From: an uncultured Lachnospiraceae bacterium
Lineage (GTDB): Bacteria > Bacillota > Clostridia > Lachnospirales > Lachnospiraceae
Direction of reading: 5' to 3'
NCBI GenBank assembly: GCA_948957135.1
Contig: CARDBT010000016.1
Span: forward strand, 2,000-65,999
Length of the DNA stretch: 64,000 nucleotides
The notes under the pieces were generated by a model. It searched no databases. It saw only the letters and a program-made list of their open reading frames with translations, and was not told the DNA's origin. This document shows, one piece after another, positions 38,946-49,750 of the stretch. Numbering within the stretch: the first letter of the stretch is position 1; each line of letters starts with the position of its first letter. A program made the translations under genes and the position numbers.

Positions 38946-40892
38946 TTGTCACTTGAGAATGGTTTTCTTCCGATTACGATGGAAGAAGTGCTGGAGCTTG
39001 GAATAACACAATTAGATTTTATATATGTCACAGGAGATGCCTATGTGGATCACCCGTCTTTTGGACACGCGATCATCACCCGTCTCCTCTCTTCGCATGG
39101 TTATCATGTAGGTATCATCTCACAGCCGGACTGGAAAAATGATGAGAGCATCACGGTATTGGGAACACCCCGCCTTGGATTTCTGGTCTCTTCCGGAAAC
39201 ATGGATTCTATGGTAAATCATTACTATGTATCCAAAAAACATCGGGAGATGGATGCTTATACGCCTGGCGGCGCCGCATACAAAAGACCGGATCACGCCA
39301 CGGTGGTATATAGCAATCTTATCCGCAAAAAGTACAAAAATGTTCCGATCATAATCGGTGGCATCGAGGCAAGCCTCCGTCGCATGGCACACTATGATTA
39401 TTGGTCAGACTCTTTCAAGCGGTCGATCCTGCTCGATAGTCAGGCAGATATCATCTCTTATGGCATGGGCGAGAGATCGATCATAGAGCTCGCTGATGCG
39501 CTGAATAGCGGTATCTCTGTGAGAGACATTTCCTTTATAGCGGGCACTGTATATAAGACCAAAGATATCTCTGGTCTCTATGACTATGAGCTTCTCCCTT
39601 CCTATGATGACATGATGAAAGACAAGCTGTTGTATGCAAAAAGTTTTAAGATACAGCATGACAACACGGATCCTTTCAACGGCAAAAACCTGGTAGAACC
39701 ATACCCGAACGGCATGTATGTTGTACAGAATATACCACAGAAACCACTCTCGACACAGGAGATGGACGACGTCTATGCACTTCCATACAGGAGAACATAC
39801 TATCCTTCCTATGAGGCGAAGGGCGGTGTGCCTGCGATCGCGGAGATCAAGTTTTCCCTGATCAGCAACCGCGGCTGTTTCGGCGGGTGCAATTTCTGTG
39901 CCCTCACGTTCCATCAGGGGCGCACTGTGCAGGTCCGCAGCCACGGCTCCATCATAGAGGAAGCCGGACTCATCACACAGGAACCCGATTTCAAAGGCTA
40001 TATCCATGATGTAGGAGGACCGACAGCGAATTTCAGACACCCTTCCTGTCAGAAACAACTGCAGGCTGGTGTCTGCAAGCACAGACAATGCCTGTGCCCG
40101 AAACCATGCCCGAATCTCGAGGTCGATCACTCAGATTATCTGGCACTTCTGCGCAAGTTGAGAAAGCTGCCGAATGTCAAAAAAGTGTTCGTGCGTTCAG
40201 GCATTCGTTTTGATTATCTGATGCTGGACAAAGATGACACATTTTTCCGGGAACTCGTTGAGCACCACATCAGTGGACAGCTCAAGGTAGCGCCAGAACA
40301 TATCTGCGATACTGTGCTGTCCAGGATGGGAAAACCGCGAAATGCTGTATACGAAGCATTCACGGAAAAATACCACAGGCTGAATCAAAAGATTGGCAAG
40401 AACCAGTTTCTGGTTCCGTATCTGATGTCCTCACACCCTGGATCCACGCTGAAAGAAGCAGTGGCACTTGCTGAGTATTTGAGAGATATCGGCTACATGC
40501 CGGAGCAGGTGCAGGATTTTTACCCGACACCGTCAACGATGTCAACGGTGATGTACTATACAGGAGTAGACCCAGAGACGCTGAAACCAGTCTACGTCTG
40601 TAAAAATCCACATGAAAAAGCGATGCAGCGCGCACTTATCCAATACCGGAATCCCAAGAATTACAACCTTGTGAGGGAGGCACTGAAGCTTGCCGGACGC
40701 GAGGATCTGATCGGATTTGACAAAAAATGCCTGATCAGACCTCGCAAAATAGCGGGAGAAAGCACACCCGCCCAAGTGCACCGAAATAAAAACAAGCCGC
40801 AGGCATCCTCCCCCAAATCATCACAGAAATCTGGCAAAAAAAGAACGATCCGAAATGTACATAAACACAAAAGTATTACCAGAGAACATTGA
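38946..40892 (+). CDS. YgiQ family radical SAM protein
   Basis: [47 protein letters not shown]. Confidence 0.95.
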   Translation: MSLENGFLPITMEEVLELGITQLDFIYVTGDAYVDHPSFGHAIITRLLSSHGYHVGIISQPDWKNDESITVLGTPRLGFLVSSGNMDSMVNHYYVSKKHREMDAYTPGGAAYKRPDHATVVYSNLIRKKYKNVPIIIGGIEASLRRMAHYDYWSDSFKRSILLDSQADIISYGMGERSIIELADALNSGISVRDISFIAGTVYKTKDISGLYDYELLPSYDDMMKDKLLYAKSFKIQHDNTDPFNGKNLVEPYPNGMYVVQNIPQKPLSTQEMDDVYALPYRRTYYPSYEAKGGVPAIAEIKFSLISNRGCFGGCNFCALTFHQGRTVQVRSHGSIIEEAGLITQEPDFKGYIHDVGGPTANFRHPSCQKQLQAGVCKHRQCLCPKPCPNLEVDHSDYLALLRKLRKLPNVKKVFVRSGIRFDYLMLDKDDTFFRELVEHHISGQLKVAPEHICDTVLSRMGKPRNAVYEAFTEKYHRLNQKIGKNQFLVPYLMSSHPGSTLKEAVALAEYLRDIGYMPEQVQDFYPTPSTMSTVMYYTGVDPETLKPVYVCKNPHEKAMQRALIQYRNPKNYNLVREALKLAGREDLIGFDKKCLIRPRKIAGESTPAQVHRNKNKPQASSPKSSQKSGKKRTIRNVHKHKSITREH

Positions 40893-40983
40893 ACACGAAC
40901 AAAGTGTGCCAGCTACAACACGGATAATACGAAATGTTATGGGTAAGCTATAGGAAGAACACAGAATAAGGAGGGAAAATAGT

Positions 40984-41745
40984 ATGAATGTTATCATTAT
41001 CACAGGCGCGTCCTCTGGTCTTGGCATAGAATTTGCACTACAGCTCGACAATGTTTTTCAAAATATTGATGAGATCTGGCTGATCGCGCGCCGCAAGAAA
41101 GAAATGCTTGAAGTAGCGCAGTATCTCGAGCACACGACGCGTGTTCTGGATATGGACGTCACAGATGAGAAGCAGATGGAGCGCTTCAAGAAACTGCTTG
41201 CTGACGAAAAACCAGTTATCCGTATGCTGGTAAACTGCGCAGGATATGGTATTATGGGAGAATTTTCCGCTTCCAATATCAGTGAAGAACTTGGTATGAT
41301 AGATGTAAATTGTAAGGCGTTAACACAGATGACCTATCTGTGTATCCCATACATGAAGAAGAACAGCCGGATCATCCAGCTTGCGTCCAGTGCGGCATTC
41401 CTGCCACAGCCCAATTTTGCAGTGTACGCCGCGACGAAATCCTATGTGTACAGCTTTTCCAGAGCATTGAACCAGGAGCTGCGCCCCAAAAAGATATATG
41501 TGACAGCAGTGTGTCCCGGACCAGTAGACACTCCTTTCTTTGACATCGCAGAGAAAACAGGGAGTACGCTTGCAGTAAAAAAACTGACGCTTGTCCGTGC
41601 AGACCAGGTGGTGGAAAGGGCAATAGCAGACTCCTATCACAAACATGAGAGATCGGTCTACAGCGCATGGATCAAGAGTTTTGATATCGCTGCCAAGGTG
41701 CTTCCGCACAGGGCTGCTCTAGAGCTGATGCGTTTTCTCAAATGA
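40984..41745 (+). CDS. short-chain dehydrogenase/reductase
   Basis: TGASSGLG, NCAG, YAATK, VCPGPVDT. Confidence 0.92.
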   Translation: MNVIIITGASSGLGIEFALQLDNVFQNIDEIWLIARRKKEMLEVAQYLEHTTRVLDMDVTDEKQMERFKKLLADEKPVIRMLVNCAGYGIMGEFSASNISEELGMIDVNCKALTQMTYLCIPYMKKNSRIIQLASSAAFLPQPNFAVYAATKSYVYSFSRALNQELRPKKIYVTAVCPGPVDTPFFDIAEKTGSTLAVKKLTLVRADQVVERAIADSYHKHERSVYSAWIKSFDIAAKVLPHRAALELMRFLK

Positions 41746-41808
41746 TCAGTATCGAAACAGATACTGTAAACATTTGTTATGATCAAAAATAAAACCAGGA
41801 GACAGTAG

Positions 41809-42375
41809 ATGAGTATACAAAGGCTGAAAAAAGGAGAGTTTGACTACCCGCCTTATGAACGAAAAAGAGTGATGATCCGCACAGCAGCATATTTTCTGAT
41901 ATCGGCTGCAGTGTTTTTATTGGGGTATCTTTCTACAGGTAAAAAGGATAATCTCCTGACGATCGTTGCCGTGTTAGGACTGCTGCCGTCAAGCAAAAGC
42001 CTTGTGTCCGTCGTCATGTATTTTAAGATCCCTAAGTTTAGCCAAACAGCCTGTCAGGAGATAGCCGAACACGCAGGTGATGTCGCGGTTGTCTACAGTA
42101 TGTATCTGACTTCATACCGCATCAACTTCCCTGTCAACTGTTTTGCTGTGCGCGGCAATAACCTGATTGGCTATACGGAATTTGCAAACTGTGATGCGGC
42201 TGCCTGCGAGGAGCATATTCAGGCAATCTTGAAGCAAAACAGTATCAAGAGTGTGACGATCAAGATTTTTCATGAAAAGGCACGTTTTGTAGAGCGGTTA
42301 GTCCAATTGCAGGCACTGGAACATGGCAGGAAGGAAACAGAGATACTCACACTTTTATGTGATATTTCTTTGTAG
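41809..42375 (+). CDS. hypothetical membrane protein
   Basis: Two N-terminal TM helices (NLLTIVAVLGLLP); operonic spacing. Confidence 0.75.
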   Translation: MSIQRLKKGEFDYPPYERKRVMIRTAAYFLISAAVFLLGYLSTGKKDNLLTIVAVLGLLPSSKSLVSVVMYFKIPKFSQTACQEIAEHAGDVAVVYSMYLTSYRINFPVNCFAVRGNNLIGYTEFANCDAAACEEHIQAILKQNSIKSVTIKIFHEKARFVERLVQLQALEHGRKETEILTLLCDISL

Positions 42376-42383
42376 GTATTGAT

Positions 42384-43385
42384 ATGATCTTGACAAAAAT
42401 TTCTGCGAATGAGGCAGGGCAGCGATTTGACAAATATTTAAAAAAGCTGTTGAGAAATGCACCGGACAGTTTTATATACAAAATGCTGCGGAAAAAGAAT
42501 ATCGTCCTAAACGGAAAAAAGGCTGATGGAAAGGAAAAATTGTGTCTTAACGACGAAGTGCGCTTTTTCTTTTCAGATGAAACTTTTGACAAATTCAGCC
42601 AGAAACCAGACAGGGACGATGCTGACCTGTCGCAATACATGCATACTTATCAGAAATTGAAGGATCTACATATTTTGTATGAAGACGACAATATCCTGAT
42701 CGTTGATAAGCCGTCTGGTATATTGTCTCAAAAATCGTCACCAGAAGATATCAGTGTCAATGAATGGCTGATCGGATATCTGCTTTCAAGGCAGCTGATT
42801 TCAGCTGATTCGCTGGCTACTTTCAAGCCATCTGTCTGCAACAGGCTTGACCGGAATACTTCCGGAATGGTGGCATGTGGGAAAACACTTGCAGGAAGCC
42901 AGTATCTGAGCCGTATTATCAGGGATAAATCCCTCGAAAAATATTATTATTGTCTTGTTTGCGGCGAACTGATGATCAAAGAGCATGTGACAGGTTATCT
43001 GCATAAAGACACTCAGCAAAATAAAGTAATCGTCTACCACAGCAAAACTGACGTTCCTGTTTCGCTCAAGAGAGATTCCGCGTATATCGACACAGCTTTC
43101 CGGTCAGTTCGCACAGCCAACAACATAACCTTGTTGGAAGTACAGCTTTTTACTGGAAAGACACATCAGATCCGTGCCCAGCTGTCGGCATTGGGGTATC
43201 CGATCATTGGTGACGCCAAATACGGCGATGCTGCGACGAACCAGATGTACAGAAAAAAAGGTGTCCACTGTCAGCTGCTCCATGCACATAAGCTGGTCTT
43301 TCCTCCGGGGCAGGAGTTCCCTGAAACATCGGGCAGAGTAGTGGAATGTCCAACGCCTGCGATATTTGAAAAATTGATGCGATAA
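42384..43385 (+). CDS. RluA/RluC family pseudouridine synthase
   Basis: GQRFDKYL S4 domain, NRLDRNTSG, TGKTHQIR, GDAKYG, LLHA. Confidence 0.93.
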   Translation: MILTKISANEAGQRFDKYLKKLLRNAPDSFIYKMLRKKNIVLNGKKADGKEKLCLNDEVRFFFSDETFDKFSQKPDRDDADLSQYMHTYQKLKDLHILYEDDNILIVDKPSGILSQKSSPEDISVNEWLIGYLLSRQLISADSLATFKPSVCNRLDRNTSGMVACGKTLAGSQYLSRIIRDKSLEKYYYCLVCGELMIKEHVTGYLHKDTQQNKVIVYHSKTDVPVSLKRDSAYIDTAFRSVRTANNITLLEVQLFTGKTHQIRAQLSALGYPIIGDAKYGDAATNQMYRKKGVHCQLLHAHKLVFPPGQEFPETSGRVVECPTPAIFEKLMR

Positions 43386-43397
43386 GGAGCGGATAGT

Positions 43398-43943
43398 ATG
43401 CCAACTTGGAATTCCAGAGGACTTCGCGGTTCCCTTTTGGAGGAAATGATCAACATGACAAACGAAAAGTATCGTGATAGCGGACTTGCCTTGATCCAAA
43501 AGGTTCCAACCCCGATCACCCCGATCACGATCGATAAGGAGACCCGGCATATTACGCTAGCATATTTTGACCAGAAGAGTACAGTTGACTACATCGGCGT
43601 CGTCCAGGGAATTCCTGTCTGTTTCGATGCCAAGGAGTGTGCGGTCGATCTGTTCACTCTCCAGAAGATCCACTCGCATCAGGTTCAGTTTATGAGGGAT
43701 TTTGACAGACAAAACGGCATTGCCTTTTTTCTGATCTATTTCACGGCACGCGATGTCATGTACTATATGAGCATCCGCGAATTAAATATTTTTTGGGACA
43801 GAATGGAAAATGGCGGCAGGAAGAGTTTTCGGTTTGAGGAATTGAACGACAGATACTTTATGAAACATAAAGGAGGGCAGATCGTTCCATACCTGGATAT
43901 GATACAGCGTGACTTAAATGAGCGGGAAAATGATAATAGTTGA
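43398..43943 (+). CDS. recU: Holliday junction resolvase RecU
   Basis: RGSLLEEMIN, QKVPTP, STVDYIG, FDAKE, HQ. Confidence 0.93.
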   Translation: MPTWNSRGLRGSLLEEMINMTNEKYRDSGLALIQKVPTPITPITIDKETRHITLAYFDQKSTVDYIGVVQGIPVCFDAKECAVDLFTLQKIHSHQVQFMRDFDRQNGIAFFLIYFTARDVMYYMSIRELNIFWDRMENGGRKSFRFEELNDRYFMKHKGGQIVPYLDMIQRDLNERENDNS

Positions 43944-44025
43944 CAGGACAGACAAAAAAGTGTATACTTCGCTTAATGCACTGTGCTAATTCGTTAGCAG
44001 GGCAGCGCGTTAGTGCGATAAAGTA
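43940..44025 (+). promoter_or_regulatory. his operon promoter with putative HisR-type operator
   Basis: TTGACA (43940-45), 17 bp, TATACT (43963-68); CGCGTTAGTGCGATAAAGTA (44006-25) resembles the Firmicute HisR palindrome. Confidence 0.55.
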
Positions 44026-44053
44026 AAATACCAGAAAGGATACGGATGATTAT

Positions 44054-45226
44054 ATGGGAAAGCGACTTGTACATACGCCTGAGGGAGTGCGCGATATATA
44101 TGGAAAAGAATATGTCAACAAGCAAAATATCCAGAAGCTGTTTGGCGACAAGCTTCACAGCTATGGCTACCAGGATATCCAGACACCGACTTTTGAGTTT
44201 TTTGATGTCTTCAGCCGTGAGATCGGGACGACACCTTCCAAAGAGCTGTACAAATTTTTTGACAAGGAAGGGAATACGCTGGTACTAAGACCGGATTTTA
44301 CTCCCTCCATAGCCAGGTGTGCAGCCAAATATTTTATGGAAGAAAGTATTCCGCTGAGATTCTGTTATCAGGGAAACAATTTTATCAACACGACCGATCT
44401 GCAGGGGAAATTGAAAGAGACGACACAGATGGGCGCAGAGCTGCTCGGTGACGCATCACCGGAGGCAGACGCGGAGATGATCGCCATGCTGGTCGAATCA
44501 CTGCTCAATTCCGGATTACGGGAATTTCAAGTGTCCGTAGGACAGATCGATTATTTTAAGGGACTGTGTGCCCATGCACAGCTCGATGAGGAGACAGAGT
44601 TCTCACTGCGCGAATTTATATCAAATAGAAATGAGTTTGGCGCGCAGGAGCTTTTACTGGATAAAAAGATACCAGAACGATCCATTGAGGTGCTTCTTGG
44701 AGTAAACAGTTTATTTGGCTCCTGCGAAATATTGGATAAGGCACAGGAGACTGCGGACAATCCACAGTCTAGGAAAGCTGTCGAACGCCTAAGACAGGTT
44801 TATGAATTGTTGAAGATCTATGGTGTGGATCAGTACATATCCTTTGACCTCGCTATGGTCAGCAAGTACAATTATTATACAGGCGTGATCTTTAACGCAT
44901 ATACCTATCAGGCAGGCAGTGCGATCGCGAAAGGCGGCAGATATGATAATCTTTTAGAGAAGTTTGGAAAACCTGCACCCGCAACCGGATTTGTTGTCAT
45001 GATCGATGACCTTGTGACAGCGCTCACCAGACAAAAAATATGTCCTGAGCCTGAAAATAAAAATCTTCTGCTGTTATATACAGCAGATTTCGGCAATGCA
45101 GTGGCTAGAGCGAAGGAATATCGGGAACAGGGGTATTCCACCGTATTGATGCGACAGGAACATCCAGAAGAGCAGTACAGGAAATATGCTGATGACAATA
45201 ATTTTTTGAAAGTGATATCTATATAG
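44054..45226 (+). CDS. hisZ: ATP phosphoribosyltransferase regulatory subunit
   Basis: TPEGVRD, LRPDFTPSIAR, QMGAEL, YYTG, GGRYD; precedes short hisG. Confidence 0.95.
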   Translation: MGKRLVHTPEGVRDIYGKEYVNKQNIQKLFGDKLHSYGYQDIQTPTFEFFDVFSREIGTTPSKELYKFFDKEGNTLVLRPDFTPSIARCAAKYFMEESIPLRFCYQGNNFINTTDLQGKLKETTQMGAELLGDASPEADAEMIAMLVESLLNSGLREFQVSVGQIDYFKGLCAHAQLDEETEFSLREFISNRNEFGAQELLLDKKIPERSIEVLLGVNSLFGSCEILDKAQETADNPQSRKAVERLRQVYELLKIYGVDQYISFDLAMVSKYNYYTGVIFNAYTYQAGSAIAKGGRYDNLLEKFGKPAPATGFVVMIDDLVTALTRQKICPEPENKNLLLLYTADFGNAVARAKEYREQGYSTVLMRQEHPEEQYRKYADDNNFLKVISI

Positions 45227-45243
45227 AAAGGAAGGTATTGGAA

Positions 45244-45900
45244 ATGGACAGACAGACACAAGAGATGCGGTACCTTACCTTTGCGCTCGGTAAGGGGCGA
45301 CTTGCAAACAAAACCCTGCAGCTCCTTGAAAAAATAGGCATTACCTGCGATGAAATGAAGGACAAGGACTCCCGAAAATTGATCTTTGTCAACGAAGAAC
45401 TCAAGCTTCGTTTTTTCCTTGCGAAAGGTCCCGATGTCCCAACTTATGTAGAATACGGTGCAGCAGATATCGGTGTGGTGGGCAGTGATACGATTTTAGA
45501 AGAAAGCAGACGTGTGTACGAGGTACTTGACCTTGGTTTTGGCAGATGCCGAATGTGCGTATGCGGTCCTGCTTCCGCGAAGGAACTGCTGCAGCACCAT
45601 GAAATGATACGGGTAGCAAGTAAGTATCCCAAGATTGCCAAGGATTATTTCTACAATCAGAAACATCAGACTGTTGATATTATCAAACTGAACGGTTCTG
45701 TTGAGCTTGGACCGATCGTCGGGCTCAGCGATGTCATCGTCGACATTGTTGAGACAGGTTCCACGCTAAAAGAAAATGGGCTTGAGGTCTTAGAGGAAAT
45801 CTGTCCTCTCTCTGCGCGGATGATCGTCAACCAGGTCAGCATGAAGATGGAAGCCGGGCGGATCAAAAAAATATTGCAGGCGCTTAAGGCGGAAGTATGA
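45244..45900 (+). CDS. hisG: ATP phosphoribosyltransferase (short form)
   Basis: KGRL, DVPTYVEYGAADIG, ASKYP, GSVELGP, DIVETGSTL. Confidence 0.97.
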   Translation: MDRQTQEMRYLTFALGKGRLANKTLQLLEKIGITCDEMKDKDSRKLIFVNEELKLRFFLAKGPDVPTYVEYGAADIGVVGSDTILEESRRVYEVLDLGFGRCRMCVCGPASAKELLQHHEMIRVASKYPKIAKDYFYNQKHQTVDIIKLNGSVELGPIVGLSDVIVDIVETGSTLKENGLEVLEEICPLSARMIVNQVSMKMEAGRIKKILQALKAEV

Positions 45901-45952
45901 AAGTATAGTAATATCAAAACCCTGTGGGTTGTGACAACTATGGAGGCTGAAT

Positions 45953-47245
45953 ATGAAAATTGTAAGATTAACAACTGATACCAGACAGAATCTGCTTGAA
46001 AATCTGTTAAAAAGAAGCACAAACGACTACGGCGATTATGAGAAAGTCGTGGCAGATATCATCGAAAATGTCAAGATGCGCAAAGAGGATGCAATTTTTG
46101 AGTATTCTCTAAAATTTGACAAATGTACAACAACAAGAGAAAACTTTAGAGTAACCCGCGGGGAGATTGACGCAGCATACCAGCAGCTGGATGAACATTT
46201 CATACAGGTGATGAGGGATTCGGCTGCTAATATTCGTGCATACCATGAAAAGCAGAAACGAAACAGCTGGTTTGACGCCAAAGAGGACGGTACGATTTTG
46301 GGACAAAAAATCACGCCGATGCAGAATGTAGGAGTTTATGTTCCCGGCGGAAAGGCGGCATATCCTTCGACAACGCTCATGAATGTCGTTCCCGCCAAAG
46401 TGGCAGGTGTTCCAAACATTATCATGACGACACCTGCCAGTGCTGACGGAACCGTCAATCCTGCGACACTTGTCGCGGCGGATATTGCAGGTGTAGATGC
46501 GATCTACAAGGTTGGCGGCGCACAGGCGATCGCAGCGCTTGCATACGGCACGGAGATGATCCCGAAAGTTGACAAGATCGTTGGCCCCGGCAATATCTTT
46601 GTCGCGCTCGCCAAACGCGCTGTGTATGGACATGTCAGCATCGACTCCATCGCAGGACCTTCTGAGATCCTTGTGCTTGCTGACGAGAGTGCTTCGCCCA
46701 GGTATGTCGCCGCAGATCTGCTTTCCCAGGCAGAGCATGATGAGCTGGCATCGGCGATACTGATCACGACGAGCGAAGAGCTAGCCACGAAAGTATCCGA
46801 CGAAGTTGACGGTTTTGTCAAGGTTCTTGAACGCAGGGAGATCATACAGAAATCACTTGATAACTATGGTTATATCCTCGTGGCACCTGATATGGAGGCA
46901 GCCATCGATGCCGCCAATGAGATCGCATCCGAACACCTTGAGATCCTGACGAAAAATCCTTTTGACACAATGACGAGAATCCGGAATGCCGGTGCGATCT
47001 TCCTTGGAGAATACTCATCAGAACCGCTTGGCGATTACTATGCCGGACCCAATCATGTACTGCCAACAAATGGTACTGCAAAATTCTTCTCACCGTTAAA
47101 TGTCGATGATTACGTAAAGAAATCGAGTATTATCGCATATTCAAGAGAAGCTTTGGAGAAGGTTCATGAGGACATTGAACTTTTTGCAAGAAAAGAAGGA
47201 CTCACTGCACATGCAAACTCGATCCATGTGCGTTTTGAAGATTAA
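45953..47245 (+). CDS. hisD: histidinol dehydrogenase
   Basis: GVYVPGG, GGAQAI, GPGN, AGPSE, SQAEHD, EHL, GPNHVLPT. Confidence 0.98.
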   Translation: MKIVRLTTDTRQNLLENLLKRSTNDYGDYEKVVADIIENVKMRKEDAIFEYSLKFDKCTTTRENFRVTRGEIDAAYQQLDEHFIQVMRDSAANIRAYHEKQKRNSWFDAKEDGTILGQKITPMQNVGVYVPGGKAAYPSTTLMNVVPAKVAGVPNIIMTTPASADGTVNPATLVAADIAGVDAIYKVGGAQAIAALAYGTEMIPKVDKIVGPGNIFVALAKRAVYGHVSIDSIAGPSEILVLADESASPRYVAADLLSQAEHDELASAILITTSEELATKVSDEVDGFVKVLERREIIQKSLDNYGYILVAPDMEAAIDAANEIASEHLEILTKNPFDTMTRIRNAGAIFLGEYSSEPLGDYYAGPNHVLPTNGTAKFFSPLNVDDYVKKSSIIAYSREALEKVHEDIELFARKEGLTAHANSIHVRFED

Positions 47246-47266
47246 ATCACCAGAAAGGATGTCACT

Positions 47267-47854
47267 ATGGACAGGATCGCAGAAGTAAAAAGAGTGACCA
47301 AGGAGACGGATATCAGCATGAGACTGAATCTGGACGGAGAGGGAAAATCGTCTGTCAACACAGGCATCGGCTTTTTTGACCATATGCTTGAAGGATTTTC
47401 CAAACATGGTTTCTTTGATTTGGAGGTCGCGATAAAAGGCGATTTAGAGGTCGATGGACACCATACTGTTGAGGACGCCGGTATTGTGCTTGGGAACGCC
47501 ATCAGGGAAGCTGCCGGCGACAAGAAAGGCATCAGGCGATATGGCTATTTTATCCTGCCAATGGATGATGCTCTGGCATTGTGCGCTGTCGATCTGTGCG
47601 GTCGTCCCTATCTGCAGTTTGACTGCAGTTTTCCGAATGATATGGTCGGCAGTTTTGACACATCGCTGGTAAAAGAGTTTTTCTATGCCGTATCATACAG
47701 TGCCGCCATGAATATACATATCAAGATGCTCAGCGGCGAGAACAGCCATCATATGATCGAAGCTATCTTCAAAGCATTTGCCAAGGCACTTGACAATGCG
47801 GTATCCATGGATGAGCGCATCAAGGATGTGCTCTCGACAAAGGGAAGCCTGTAG
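47267..47854 (+). CDS. hisB: imidazoleglycerol-phosphate dehydratase
   Basis: FFDHML, DGHHTVED, PMDD, NSHHMIE, STKG. Confidence 0.98.
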   Translation: MDRIAEVKRVTKETDISMRLNLDGEGKSSVNTGIGFFDHMLEGFSKHGFFDLEVAIKGDLEVDGHHTVEDAGIVLGNAIREAAGDKKGIRRYGYFILPMDDALALCAVDLCGRPYLQFDCSFPNDMVGSFDTSLVKEFFYAVSYSAAMNIHIKMLSGENSHHMIEAIFKAFAKALDNAVSMDERIKDVLSTKGSL

Positions 47855-47951
47855 GCTGCAAAAGAAGTTTATTTACATGTTTATATTTAGGAACTGTCAA
47901 GAAATGGCGTTAAATTATTTAGCAGTTCCTTACAGGGAGGAAAATCGACTG

Positions 47952-49688
47952 ATGAGAAAACAGAAATCAGCCAACAAATTTACACGGATCATCTGCACGC
48001 TTCTTGCAGTGTGCCTGCTTTGCTGTGCACCAGCATTTCCAGCGAAAGCGGCAGTAGTAGAAAATGGAATCGATGTCTCAAAATACCAGGGAGCGATCGA
48101 TTGGCAGGCGGTAGCCCAAAGCGGCATCTCGTTTGCTTTTATCAAGGTCGGCAGCACAAAATCCGGGATCGATCCATATTTCAATTATAATATGCTTGCC
48201 GCACAACAGGCAGGTATCAAGACAGGTGTTTACATATATTCTTACGCAAAAAGTGTAGAGGAGGCGGTTGTGGAGGCACAGTTTGTCCTGAATGCCATTC
48301 AGAATGTTCAGGTATCTTATCCGGTGGTGTGGGATGTTGAGGACAATGTACAGAAATCCCTGTCTCCGGAAACCTTATCCCTCATGGCAAACACGTTCTG
48401 TGCCATGATCGAGGCAGAAGGGTATTACCCTATGGTCTACTCTAGTACGAGCTGGTTTAATAAAAGGCTTGGACCTGTATTTTATGACAAGTGGGTGGCA
48501 CAGTGGGCAGCTGCATGTGAAATTCCCGATGCATCTATCTGGCAGTATTCCTGCAAGGGAAGTGTGCCAGGAATCAAAGGAGATGTGGATCTGGACTATG
48601 CCCTGAAAGACTATTCCACCAGCATTGTCAACACAGGATGGGTTCCGCGAAAAGGGTATCTGTATTTCTATATCAATTACAAAATGCAGCGGGGGTGGCT
48701 TGACTTAGGAACAGCAAAATATTATCTCGATCCCGCCGGGCGCATGGTTACAGGGTGGCTGCCGCTCGACGATGCGATGTATTACCTACATCCAGACGGC
48801 GTTATGGCGGTTGGATTTACACCGATCGGACCGGGAATGTACTGTTTTAATACCGATGGCAAAATGCTTACCGGACTTCAGAATCTGAACGGACTGACCT
48901 ACTATTTTGCACCTGATGGCGCAATGTGTGTCGGACTTTTGGATTTTCCTGATGGGAAGCGATTCTTCTCAACAGATGGGCACATGCTCACCGGACTTAG
49001 TATTGTAAACAACAAATACTATTACTTTGATCTGAATGGAATCATGCAGACGGGCTGGCAGACGATCGGCGGTCAGACGTTCCTGTTTGCAGCAGATGGT
49101 TCTATGGCATATGGCTGGTTTAATGACGGCATTTTCACCTACTATCTGTCTATGGAAGACGGGCACAGAGTATCGGGCTGGCAGACGATCGATGGAAAAA
49201 CCTATTGCTTTGACGCAAACGGAGTGATGCTGACAGGCTGGCAGACGATCGGTGATCAGACGTTCCTGTTCGCAGCAGACGGTTCTATGGTGAAGGGCTG
49301 GTTTAATGATGGCGCTTACACGTATTACCTGTCTATGGAAGACGGGCACAGAGTGGCGGGCTGGCAGACGATTGACGGCAAGACATATCTCTTTGATCAG
49401 CTCGGACATATGATGACAGGAGTTGTAAACCTGAATGGTCTTTCCTATCTGTTTGCAGCGGACGGCGTGATGTATACAGGCTGGTTCAACGACGGTGTCA
49501 CTGCAAAGTATTATGAAGCAGACGGACATATGGCTATTGGAATGGTAACGATTAATGACAGCATTTACTATTTTGATATCAATGGAAATATGCAGACAGG
49601 CATCGTCGAAATCGGCGGAGTTCCTTACTTATTTGATGTTGACGGCAAAATGCTTCCACAGCCGGCGGTACCCCAGCTTCCGCAATAA
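47952..49688 (+). CDS. GH25 muramidase with cell-wall/choline-binding repeats
   Basis: Signal peptide; GIDVSKYQG, WDVE, WQYS, VDLD; many xTGWxxxxGxxYYF repeats. Confidence 0.92.
   Translation: MRKQKSANKFTRIICTLLAVCLLCCAPAFPAKAAVVENGIDVSKYQGAIDWQAVAQSGISFAFIKVGSTKSGIDPYFNYNMLAAQQAGIKTGVYIYSYAKSVEEAVVEAQFVLNAIQNVQVSYPVVWDVEDNVQKSLSPETLSLMANTFCAMIEAEGYYPMVYSSTSWFNKRLGPVFYDKWVAQWAAACEIPDASIWQYSCKGSVPGIKGDVDLDYALKDYSTSIVNTGWVPRKGYLYFYINYKMQRGWLDLGTAKYYLDPAGRMVTGWLPLDDAMYYLHPDGVMAVGFTPIGPGMYCFNTDGKMLTGLQNLNGLTYYFAPDGAMCVGLLDFPDGKRFFSTDGHMLTGLSIVNNKYYYFDLNGIMQTGWQTIGGQTFLFAADGSMAYGWFNDGIFTYYLSMEDGHRVSGWQTIDGKTYCFDANGVMLTGWQTIGDQTFLFAADGSMVKGWFNDGAYTYYLSMEDGHRVAGWQTIDGKTYLFDQLGHMMTGVVNLNGLSYLFAADGVMYTGWFNDGVTAKYYEADGHMAIGMVTINDSIYYFDINGNMQTGIVEIGGVPYLFDVDGKMLPQPAVPQLPQ
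49043..49400 (+). repeat. intragenic tandem duplication, 183-bp unit, about 2 copies
   Basis: GGCTGGCAGACGATCGG at 49053 and 49236; CTGTCTATGGAAGACGGGCACAGAGT in both copies. Confidence 0.85.
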
Positions 49689-49750
49689 GTTTATTGAGAG
49701 GATGACTCTTTCATTGGGAAATGCGAAATAAACGAGAACAGAGGATTGAT

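Noticed and set aside
49043..49400. DGR template/variable repeat pair
   Set aside because: Both copies are in-frame within one gene, differences are not adenine-specific, and no intact reverse transcriptase is present
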